Virus record (IMG/VR): IMGVR_UViG_2579778982_000018
DNA length: 6,407 nt
Strand: one strand, 5' to 3'
Source: a virus
Taxonomy: Duplodnaviria > Heunggongvirae > Uroviricota > Caudoviricetes
In this document: one piece after another, positions 1 through 6,407 of the stretch
How positions within the stretch are numbered: the first letter of the stretch is position 1
How the letters are laid out: each line of letters opens with the position of its first letter
Notes under the pieces: generated by a model
What the model was told of the DNA's origin: nothing
Databases searched by the model: none
The model's input: the letters and a program-made list of their open reading frames with translations, nothing else
Program-made: the position numbers and the translations under genes

Positions 1-411
1 GTTGTCAGTTACGCGGAGATAATCCCCGGAGAAAGTCGACACACGGCTGTAAGCCACACCCGCCATCGCATACGCGCTGAACCATTCATTCACGCGTACA
101 GACGGCCCCGCCATCACGCTGAACCAGCGGTTACGCACGGAATCTTCATGCCAGCGGGTATCGCTGTAACGGGTAAGCTGGCGATTCCTGTCTCCTGCAT
201 AGCTGAATGACGTCACCAGCCCCAGCGTGTCCGTAAATTCATAACGGTATTTCACGTTAATGCCCTTCAGGTCATCGCTGCCTGGCATATCAGTATGGGT
301 CTGAAGATACCCGGCGCTTAGTGTGGACTGATGCTCTGCTGCGCTCGCTGGCGTACCAGCGGCAACCAGCCAGACTACTGCGGACAGAATAACAGCACAT
401 AATTTACGCAT
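1..411 (-). CDS. lom: Lom-family outer membrane protein (Ail/Lom beta-barrel), 3' end truncated by window edge; first 137 codons present
   Basis: Minus-strand ATG at 411..409 preceded by GAGAGG Shine-Dalgarno. My hand translation begins [17 protein letters not shown], which closely matches the N-terminus of lambda Lom as I recall it. Reading frame is open to position 1. Position downstream of J matches the lambda J-lom order. Not in the supplied ORF track, presumably because it runs off the window. Confidence 0.85.
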   Translation of the reverse strand, partial: MRKLCAVILSAVVWLVAAGTPASAAEHQSTLSAGYLQTHTDMPGSDDLKGINVKYRYEFTDTLGLVTSFSYAGDRNRQLTRYSDTRWHEDSVRNRWFSVMAGPSVRVNEWFSAYAMAGVAYSRVSTFSGDYLRVTDN

Positions 412-432
412 AATTACCTCTCGCTTTTCTGC

Positions 433-460
433 AATAAAAAAGGCGCCATTTCTGGCGCCC
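433..460 (-). terminator. Rho-independent terminator between J and lom (tJ-like)
   Basis: Perfect GC-rich inverted repeat GGCGCC (442..447) / GGCGCC (454..459) with a 6-nt loop; on the minus strand it is followed directly by a T-run (complement of A-run 436..441). Lies just after the J stop codon (TGA, 481..479). Confidence 0.6.
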
Positions 461-478
461 GTATATGGGTTATAAAAT

Positions 479-3400
479 TCAGCTGATACTGATGCCTGCG
501 GTGGCTTTCTTCATCACCACAACCAGCAAATCGCTGATACTTGCTGTGGGATACCAGTTATTCACCAGCCATGCTGACACCGAAAACTCCAGCGTCATGT
601 GACCGTGACCGGCAGGCATATCAATAACGCCACTGTAAATCAGCGTATTATCCAGCGCGGTACGGTTATAAATTTCAGCACCGTTTTTCCGCACTATCAG
701 ACGGCATGAGGAGTAAATATCAGTATGCTCTCTCTCATGCTTAGCGCCACTGAATGCCACCGCCGGAATAACAATCTGCCGGTCAAACGGCTGATCGTCA
801 TAAACCCTGACGGTAATGGTCCCTGATGGCCACCGCTCCGGTGCACGGGAGTCCCGGGGGAAAGCTTTGCCCACTGTTTTAACGAGATCGCCTTCAATCT
901 GGTTCGCGGACAGTTTTCCCAGAACCCGACAGTTCTCGTTAATCGTGACGTTGTTGAGCGTCCCGGAGTTCGCATTCACACTACCACTGATATCCGCATT
1001 TTTAGCCGTCAGCCGCCCGTCCGATGTCAGGGAAAATGCCGGAGGATTACCGCCACTGGTAATGGTGGGAGCCGTCAGATATTTCAGGAACACTTCATTC
1101 ATGAATATCTGATCGCCCTGACCAACAAACATCGGCTTTGTGTTGCCATTCGCAGGATTAATCATCGCAATCCGGTCAGCAGCCAGAAGCACCTGACTCT
1201 GCATACCTGCTGGCGTATTCTCAATACCGGCACCGATACCCGCAATATAAAGGCGTCCGTCCTGCATCTGCTGCAGCTTCACAGCCCACATGCTGTTCAG
1301 ATTATTATTTGTATCAACCTGAACCTTCTGTATCTGCTGGATCGCCGCACTCTGGTCTTCCAGTTTCTTATTGACGGTCTGCGTGATTTCATTGCTGACA
1401 TTCGTAATGGACGTCCTGATTTCAGCCAGGTCCGGCGCAAGCTGACCGTTATCAATCTGCGTCCACAGCTCCTGGGCCAGATGTGTTTTCCCGATTTCTC
1501 CTTTGAAAAAATCCAGGTAACCTTCCGCATCATCGCTCGCCCGACCGACAGCCTCCACGAATGCCGATTTGCCAACGGTGTTCACACTGCGAACGTAAAA
1601 ATAATAATCATGGCCCGGTTTGATATTGATACTGGCGGCTATCCAGTACAGCGCCGTACCAAGATAACGCGCGCTGGTTTCAACCTGCCTGATATCAGCA
1701 ATCCGTTTTTCCGAGAACCAGAACTCAAACTGTACCGTCGGATCATAAACCGCAAAATGCGGCGTGGCGGTTATCTGAAAATAGCCCGGCGTCAGCTCAA
1801 TCCGCGACGGTGCTGCCGGTGCGGCAATCCGGAACGATACCGACGCCGGATCGCCCTGCTGTCCCCACGCATTTACCGCCCGGACTGTCAGCCTGTAGTT
1901 CCCCAGCGCCAGTTGCGTGAAGCGGTATGTGGTTTCCGTCGTCCGGGCCGTGCTGACCAGCCGCTCACTGCCGTCATCCGCTGCCACGGTCAGGCGAAGC
2001 ATGAAGCTCACGCCCTTCACCACCTTCGGCGTGTCCCAGCGCGCCAGCACCTGATATTCCCCGCTGTCTGCGGTGACTTCGGCAGTCAGGTGCTGCACTG
2101 CTGGCGGCGTGACACCATTCACCGTGCCGCTCTGGTCGCCGTCAAAGTGCGCCCCGTTATCCACGATGGCTTCTTTTTCCGGTACATGCTGCACGGCGGT
2201 GATGGCATACGTGCCGTCGTCGTTCTCACGGATACTCACGCAGCGGAACAGGCGCTGGCGCAGCGTCGGCAACTTCAGCCCCCACACGCTGTATTCAGCA
2301 ACGCCGTCAGGAACACGGCTCACTTTCACCTTCACGCCGTCGGTGACGGACTGAACCTCCACGCTGACCGGATTGCCACTTCCGTCAACCAGGCTTATCA
2401 GCGTGGTGCCGGAGGATGGCAGCGTGATTTCACGGTCGAGCGTCAGCGTCCGGGTCTGGCTGTTCACCGCCAGCACGCGCCCGCCGGTGCTGATACCGGC
2501 ATAGTCATCATCACAGATTTCAATGACATCGCCCGGCACATGGCGAAGCCCTTCTGCACCCACGCTGAAGTCCACGGTCTGCGTTTCCAGCAGTTCCGTT
2601 TTAATCAGCCACAGCCCGGCGCGGTGTGCCTGCCCCCGGCTGGTACAGCCAAAGGCATCCATCTTCGTGACGTGACGACCGTAACGGGCAATGGCCTGCG
2701 TATCCTCCACAAGCTCTGTCGCCGTCTCCCAGCCGTTGTTCGGGTCAATCCAGTTCACCTCAACGGCATTATGGCGGTCCTTCAGGGCGCTGAAGCTGTA
2801 GCGGAACGGCGCACCATCATCCGGCATCACCACATTACTGCGGTTATAGGTCCACACCTTATCTGATGGTCGGTCCTGCACGAACGTCAGCGTCTGCCCG
2901 TTCCATACCGGCATACAGCGCATCGCCGAGCAGAAATCACTGAGCACATCCCACGCCTTGCGCTGTGTGGTCAGGTACGCATTACAGGTAATGCGCGGCT
3001 CCGTGCCGCCAAAGCCATCCGGCACTGACTGGTCGCAGTACTGGCCGATGACATACAGCGCCCATTTGTCCACATCCGCCGCACCAAGACGTTTCCCCAT
3101 GCCGTAGCGTGGATGGGTCAGCATATCCCACAGACACCAGGCCATGTTGTTGCTGTATGCCGGTTTAAACGTTCCGTCCCAGATACCGCTGTATTGCCGC
3201 GTCTGCGGGTTATAATTCGACGGCACCTGCAGAATACGCCCGCGCAGATGATAATTACGGCTCACCTGCTGGCTGCCGAACTGCTCCGAATCCACCTGCA
3301 CGCCGACCAGTGCCGTGTTCGGGTAGCACTGTTTCACATCGATGATTTCGGTGTATGACGACCAGAGCGTTTTGTTCTGCAGCTGGTCTGTGGTGCTGTC

Positions 3401-3958
3401 CGGCGTCATCCTGCGCATCCGGATATTAAACGGGCGCGGCGGCAGGTTATCCACCACCACCGAGGCCAGATACTGCGAGGTGGTTTTGCCCTTAATGGTG
3501 ATGTCTTTTTCCGTCACCCAGCCACCATTACGCTGTATCTGAACCAGCAGGCGGACTTCCGACGGATTCCGGTCCCCCTTTGAGGTGGTTTCCACCAGTG
3601 CCTGCACACCGAAGGTAAAGCGCAGACGGTCGATGTTTGCCGACGTGATGGTCCGGGTGATCGGCGTGTCATATTTCACTTCCGTACCCAGCACCGTCTC
3701 GGAGCCGGAGGATTCAAATCCCTCCGGCGGTGTCTGCTCCTGCTCACCTGCCCGGAACACCACCGTGACACCGGATATATTGGTATTCCCCTCACTGTCC
3801 AGCACCGGCGTACTGTTCAGCAGCACGCTTTTTAATCCGTCCACCGGACCTTCAACCGGCCCTTCGCTGATGGCATCGATCACACTCAGCAGCTGCGTGG
3901 ACTTCAGGTTGTCCCTCGCTTCGCGCGGGGTATGCCCCTTACTGCTTCCTTTACCCAT
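479..3958 (-). CDS. J: Tail tip / host specificity protein J (central tail fibre), 1159 aa, with a variant C-terminal receptor-binding region
   Basis: 1159-aa ORF in the track; ATG at 3958..3956 with a GAGG-containing Shine-Dalgarno about 5 nt upstream. The N-terminus [34 protein letters not shown] and most of the first ~870 residues match lambda gpJ (1132 aa) as I recall it. The C-terminal ~290 residues are homologous but clearly diverged and longer. Confidence 0.95.
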   Translation of the reverse strand: MGKGSSKGHTPREARDNLKSTQLLSVIDAISEGPVEGPVDGLKSVLLNSTPVLDSEGNTNISGVTVVFRAGEQEQTPPEGFESSGSETVLGTEVKYDTPITRTITSANIDRLRFTFGVQALVETTSKGDRNPSEVRLLVQIQRNGGWVTEKDITIKGKTTSQYLASVVVDNLPPRPFNIRMRRMTPDSTTDQLQNKTLWSSYTEIIDVKQCYPNTALVGVQVDSEQFGSQQVSRNYHLRGRILQVPSNYNPQTRQYSGIWDGTFKPAYSNNMAWCLWDMLTHPRYGMGKRLGAADVDKWALYVIGQYCDQSVPDGFGGTEPRITCNAYLTTQRKAWDVLSDFCSAMRCMPVWNGQTLTFVQDRPSDKVWTYNRSNVVMPDDGAPFRYSFSALKDRHNAVEVNWIDPNNGWETATELVEDTQAIARYGRHVTKMDAFGCTSRGQAHRAGLWLIKTELLETQTVDFSVGAEGLRHVPGDVIEICDDDYAGISTGGRVLAVNSQTRTLTLDREITLPSSGTTLISLVDGSGNPVSVEVQSVTDGVKVKVSRVPDGVAEYSVWGLKLPTLRQRLFRCVSIRENDDGTYAITAVQHVPEKEAIVDNGAHFDGDQSGTVNGVTPPAVQHLTAEVTADSGEYQVLARWDTPKVVKGVSFMLRLTVAADDGSERLVSTARTTETTYRFTQLALGNYRLTVRAVNAWGQQGDPASVSFRIAAPAAPSRIELTPGYFQITATPHFAVYDPTVQFEFWFSEKRIADIRQVETSARYLGTALYWIAASINIKPGHDYYFYVRSVNTVGKSAFVEAVGRASDDAEGYLDFFKGEIGKTHLAQELWTQIDNGQLAPDLAEIRTSITNVSNEITQTVNKKLEDQSAAIQQIQKVQVDTNNNLNSMWAVKLQQMQDGRLYIAGIGAGIENTPAGMQSQVLLAADRIAMINPANGNTKPMFVGQGDQIFMNEVFLKYLTAPTITSGGNPPAFSLTSDGRLTAKNADISGSVNANSGTLNNVTINENCRVLGKLSANQIEGDLVKTVGKAFPRDSRAPERWPSGTITVRVYDDQPFDRQIVIPAVAFSGAKHEREHTDIYSSCRLIVRKNGAEIYNRTALDNTLIYSGVIDMPAGHGHMTLEFSVSAWLVNNWYPTASISDLLVVVMKKATAGISIS

Positions 3959-3970
3959 TCCTCACACTCC

Positions 3971-4000
3971 ATAAACAACAAAGCCGCCCAAAAGGCGGCT
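3971..4000 (-). terminator. Terminator-like hairpin downstream of the inserted lipoprotein gene, immediately upstream of the J ribosome-binding site
   Basis: Inverted repeat AGCCGCC (3982..3988) / GGCGGCT (3994..4000) with a 5-nt loop; on the minus strand it is followed by the U-rich stretch TTGTTGTTTAT. Located between the lipoprotein stop (TAA, 4027..4025) and the J start (3958). Confidence 0.4.
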
Positions 4001-4024
4001 CATGAGTTACGACAGGATTAACTA

Positions 4025-4363
4025 TTATTTACATGCATTAACACTATCAGCAAAAATTTTTGGCGTTAATGCTGGTACACGTTCATAAAGAGTAAAACTA
4101 CTGCCATTTCCTGCTTTTTTGATATCAAGCACAACATCATATCCCCCCATAGCCTGTGGAACTAAAAGGCTTACCCCATTCTCAATAGGAAGGGATGTTA
4201 TAGGTGTTCCATTACCAGCCCATTGTCTGGATATGCAGCCTGACAATTCATCAATATTTTTTAATGAATTACCTTCCATTACAGGTTTTCCGGATTTTAC
4301 GTAATCCAAAGATTTACATCCTGTTAAGGCAATAATCGTGCAGAATAAAATCGTTTTGTTCAT
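4025..4363 (-). CDS. Small predicted lipoprotein (~112 aa precursor, ~93 aa mature) of unknown function; moron inserted between tail genes I and J
   Basis: ORF 4025..4375 in the track; the track's first codon is TTG, and I prefer the in-frame ATG at 4363..4361. From that ATG the product starts MNKTILFCTIIALTGC: positively charged n-region, hydrophobic h-region and a lipobox LTG|C, the signature of a signal peptidase II lipoprotein. The gene lies in a locally AT-rich segment unlike the flanking phage genes. No strong Shine-Dalgarno was found. I do not recognise the mature sequence. Confidence 0.75.
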   Translation of the reverse strand: MNKTILFCTIIALTGCKSLDYVKSGKPVMEGNSLKNIDELSGCISRQWAGNGTPITSLPIENGVSLLVPQAMGGYDVVLDIKKAGNGSSFTLYERVPALTPKIFADSVNACK

Positions 4364-4375
4364 ATAGCTAACCAA

Positions 4376-4436
4376 TAGAATAATTATCAGTGTTCGATAT
4401 AAATATTAAATCAGTTAGAACATGAGTAAAATAATA
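4376..4436 (-). promoter_or_regulatory. AT-rich spacer upstream of the lipoprotein gene; possible moron promoter
   Basis: 61-bp spacer between the I stop and the lipoprotein ATG, roughly 20-30% G+C, containing several -10-like hexamers on the minus strand (GATAAT, TAATAT, TATTAT). I could not pair any of them with a convincing -35 at 16-18 bp spacing, so this is a weak call. Confidence 0.2.
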
Positions 4437-5078
4437 TTACCGCCCAATTACCACAACCTGACCACCATCCCCTTCATCTGCCGTGCTGATCTCCTGAGAT
4501 GCCACACGTGACCCCACGCGCATTTCACCGTACAGAACAGGCAGGACATTGCCCTGGGCAACCATGTTATCCAGTGAGGAGAAATAGGTGTTCTGTTTGC
4601 CGTTATCCGTTGTCTGTGTACGGGGAGTTCTGGCTTTCGGTGCCAGCATCTGCGCCACACCACCAAGCGTCATCGCCGCACCCATTGAAAAGAGAATGTC
4701 ACTGAAAGCGATACTGATCCCCGGCATCCAGATTGCCGTAGCAATCAACGCCGCACCCAGCACCGCCTGAAACACACCGCCACTTTTTGCTCCCGCAAGA
4801 CGCGGCACGATGTGGATCACGGCACCATTTGCCAGCGGCTCATTAAGACGGGATGATAATTCGGTTTCTCCTGCATCCCGCCCGGCAATCCGTACCTGAT
4901 ACCAGCCATCGCTCAGTTTCTGACGAAACGCCGGGAGCTGTGTGGCCAGTGCCCGGATGGCTTCAGCCCCCGTTTTCACACGAAGGTCGATGCGGCGGCC
5001 AAATCGTTGCAAATCCCCGTAAAGGCAGATGCGTGCCATGCCCGGTGACGCCAGAGGGAGTGTGTGCGTCGCTGCCAT
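4437..5078 (-). CDS. I: Tail assembly protein I, 213 aa
   Basis: ATG at 5078..5076 with GAGAGG Shine-Dalgarno upstream; stop TAA at 4439..4437. N-terminus MAATHTLPLASPGMARICLYGDLQRFGRRIDLRVKTGAEAIRALATQLPAFRQKLSDGWYQVRIAGRD and C-terminus APKARTPRTQTTDNGKQNTYFSSLDNMVAQGNVLPVLYGEMRVGSRV..SQEISTADEGDGGQVVVIGR match lambda gpI as I recall it. The central hydrophobic segment differs, and the protein is 213 aa against 223 aa in lambda. Confidence 0.9.
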   Translation of the reverse strand: MAATHTLPLASPGMARICLYGDLQRFGRRIDLRVKTGAEAIRALATQLPAFRQKLSDGWYQVRIAGRDAGETELSSRLNEPLANGAVIHIVPRLAGAKSGGVFQAVLGAALIATAIWMPGISIAFSDILFSMGAAMTLGGVAQMLAPKARTPRTQTTDNGKQNTYFSSLDNMVAQGNVLPVLYGEMRVGSRVASQEISTADEGDGGQVVVIGR

Positions 5079-5719
5079 TTGTCGGTATACCTCTCTCGTT
5101 TGCTCAGTTGTTCAGGAATATGGTGCAGCAGCTCGCCATCACCACAGTAAATAGCGGCATGATTCGGCACCGATGAACCAAAGCAGCACAGCAGCACATC
5201 GCCCGGCTGCGCCGCTGACAACGGCACCTGATACAGCCCCGTTGCCTCCAGATTATCCAGATAGAGATTCTGACCGTGACGCCACCAGTCATCCTCACGA
5301 TGAAAATCCGGCATCTCAATCCCCGCCAGATGGTAAGCGTCCCGGAACAGCGTGTAACAGTCCGTCACCCCGTGCTCAAAGCGCCGCCCGGTAAGATGCG
5401 GCACACAGCGGAACTTGTGAATCGCCCCCCGGCAGACCAGCCACCACGGCAAATCACTCTGCACCTGCAGCCGCCGGTCAGCCTCACTCAGCCAGGGCAG
5501 ACCACCGGGATGACTGTGGACCAGCGCCACAATCTCACCCTGCATTTCTGCCTGCAGCCAGTCCTCCGGAGCCATCCGGAAATAATCCTCCGGCTCACCG
5601 GAAATATTCACGCAGGGAAAATATCTTTCCCCCTCCGGCGTTCTCACCACGAAGCCGCACGACTCCGCTGGCGCACATCGCCGGGCGTGCGCCAGAATCG
5701 CTGATTCTGTCTCTGTCAT
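4976..5719 (-). CDS. K: Tail tip assembly protein K with an MPN/JAMM (Mov34) domain and an NlpC/P60-like (C40 peptidase) domain; 247 aa if started at ATG 5719 (classical lambda annotation would be 199 aa from ATG 5575)
   Basis: Track ORF 4976..5794 begins with GTG inside the end of L; I prefer the in-frame ATG at 5719..5717 (MTETESAIL...), 4 nt after the L stop. It contains a complete JAMM motif HSHPGGLPWLSEAD (H-x-H-x7-S-x2-D) with acidic residues available upstream only in the longer form. It also contains NlpC/P60-like Cys and His contexts (GVTDCYTLF, NHAAIYCGDG). The alternative ATG at 5575 has a GGAGGA Shine-Dalgarno and corresponds to the 199-aa lambda K. Confidence 0.85.
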   Translation of the reverse strand: MTETESAILAHARRCAPAESCGFVVRTPEGERYFPCVNISGEPEDYFRMAPEDWLQAEMQGEIVALVHSHPGGLPWLSEADRRLQVQSDLPWWLVCRGAIHKFRCVPHLTGRRFEHGVTDCYTLFRDAYHLAGIEMPDFHREDDWWRHGQNLYLDNLEATGLYQVPLSAAQPGDVLLCCFGSSVPNHAAIYCGDGELLHHIPEQLSKRERYTDKWQRRTHSLWRHRAWHASAFTGICNDLAAASTFV

Positions 5720-5723
5720 GGGA

Positions 5724-6407
5724 TTACTGCGAAAGTTTGTTAATGGAAAGGAAGCCGCCAAAGTTGCCGACGTTATTGCGGAACTTACAGCCACTCAGGC
5801 ATTTGCTGCATTTATCCTTCGTGATATCGGACGTCGGCTGGTCATATTCATCCGCGACAGCCGGACCGCTATAACCGCACTCGTCACCGCGATAGGTCCA
5901 GGTGCAGGTGTTGGCCAGCATGATACGTCCCGGAAAAACAGCGCCATCCGTTTCCGTCGGCGTGGACAGTACAAAGGAGGCACTCACCGCGCTCAGTTCG
6001 CTGCACTGCTCGATGCGCCAGCGGCTGATCACCTCCTGCTCCGGATCGGCGTAACTGTTTCCGTTGACGAAGTTCACCGCATCCAGAAAACGGGCGTAAA
6101 CCTTACGCCGGACCACCGTTCCGCCGACCAGACTCTGCAGATCTTCCGCCATCCCGGTGACCATACCGTACAGGTTAGAAACCGTCAGCGTGGGGCGCGT
6201 ACTGGTGCCTTTGCCATTCAGTTCAAAACCGCTCCCCTGAATGGGATACGGCTGATACTGTCGCCCCTGCCAGGTGACCGGCTCACCTTTTTCGTTCTGC
6301 TCATTACAGAAAAAATAACGTTCTCCACCGACCTCTGTCAGGTCGATTTCCCAGAGCACCACGCTGGCCGACTGCTCCGCACGGGTGCATTCATTCAGTG
6401 TTTCCTG
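5724..6407 (-). CDS. L: Tail tip protein L, 5' end truncated by window edge (about 5 N-terminal codons missing)
   Basis: Frame is open from the window edge (6407) to stop TAA at 5726..5724. Product ...QETLNECTRAEQSASVVLWEIDLTEVGGERYFFCNEQNEKGEPVTWQGRQYQPYPIQGSGFELNGKG... matches lambda gpL as I recall it, including the C-terminal Cys-rich segment DKCSKCLSGCKF. Confidence 0.9.
   Translation of the reverse strand, partial: QETLNECTRAEQSASVVLWEIDLTEVGGERYFFCNEQNEKGEPVTWQGRQYQPYPIQGSGFELNGKGTSTRPTLTVSNLYGMVTGMAEDLQSLVGGTVVRRKVYARFLDAVNFVNGNSYADPEQEVISRWRIEQCSELSAVSASFVLSTPTETDGAVFPGRIMLANTCTWTYRGDECGYSGPAVADEYDQPTSDITKDKCSKCLSGCKFRNNVGNFGGFLSINKLSQ

Noticed and set aside
697-1112. Short plus- and minus-strand ORFs (697..975 -, 816..1112 +) within the J 3' region
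   Set aside because: Both are embedded in or antisense to J and have Arg/Ser/Pro-rich compositions typical of off-frame artefacts.
1481-2866. 461-aa ORF on the plus strand inside J
   Set aside because: It is antisense to the well-supported J coding sequence. The product is Arg/Pro/His-rich and low-complexity, as expected from a spurious open frame in GC-rich DNA, and it has no recognisable start context.
2073-3974. Plus-strand ORFs 2073..2354, 3113..3358, 3342..3542 and 3585..3974
   Set aside because: All are antisense to J and none has an independent start signal; 3585..3974 only spills over the J start because of frame geometry.
4119-4304. 61-aa plus-strand ORF antisense to the lipoprotein gene
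   Set aside because: It lies entirely inside the opposite-strand lipoprotein ORF, which has a far stronger coding signature (signal peptide and lipobox). Not called.
4364-4375. Upstream TTG start for the lipoprotein ORF (track start at 4375, MVSY extension)
   Set aside because: The first codon is TTG with no Shine-Dalgarno, and the four extra residues would precede and disrupt a canonical signal-peptide n-region. The ATG at 4363 is preferred, though the TTG cannot be excluded.
4448-5394. ORFs 4448..4666 -, 4499..4705 +, 4588..4770 +, 4853..5176 +, 5104..5319 - and 5173..5394 +
   Set aside because: They overlap or are antisense to I and K, which have strong homology support; their products are compositionally biased (Cys/Arg/Pro-rich) and lack start signals.
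5720-5794. Upstream extension of K to the track start at 5794 (272 aa)
   Set aside because: The first codon is GTG and the extra 25 codons lie inside the 3' end of L in another frame. The ATG at 5719, just after the L stop, is the more plausible outermost start.
5276-5983. ORFs 5276..5704 + and 5795..5983 -
   Set aside because: 5276..5704 is antisense to K, and 5795..5983 is an alternative frame inside L. Neither is supported.
1-6407. Looked for CRISPR repeats, tRNA/rRNA genes and transposase/integrase or terminal inverted repeats
   Set aside because: No regularly spaced direct repeats, no tRNA-like cloverleaf candidates and no transposase- or integrase-like ORF were seen. The moron shows no obvious flanking direct or inverted repeats, so it is not called a mobile element.

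Overview
All coding capacity in this window is on the minus strand and reads as the tail-tip module of a lambda-like (lambdoid) prophage, in reverse orientation: L (5' partial) -> K -> I -> [inserted small lipoprotein gene] -> J -> lom (3' partial). L, K, I, the N-terminal ~870 residues of J, and Lom are recognisably lambda-type. Two things depart from the lambda layout as I recall it. First, a ~420 bp AT-rich island (about one-third G+C by my manual count, against clearly GC-richer flanks) sits in the normally short I-J spacer and encodes a ~112-aa predicted lipoprotein with a terminator-like hairpin, which is classic moron architecture. Second, the C-terminal ~290 residues of J, the receptor-recognition end, are diverged from lambda J. 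My main candidate for something new is the pairing of these two: an uncharacterised lipoprotein, possibly a receptor-masking superinfection-exclusion factor, inserted directly upstream of a receptor-binding protein with a swapped specificity domain. All comparisons to lambda are from memory and no database search was run. No tRNA, rRNA, CRISPR array or transposase/integrase was seen.
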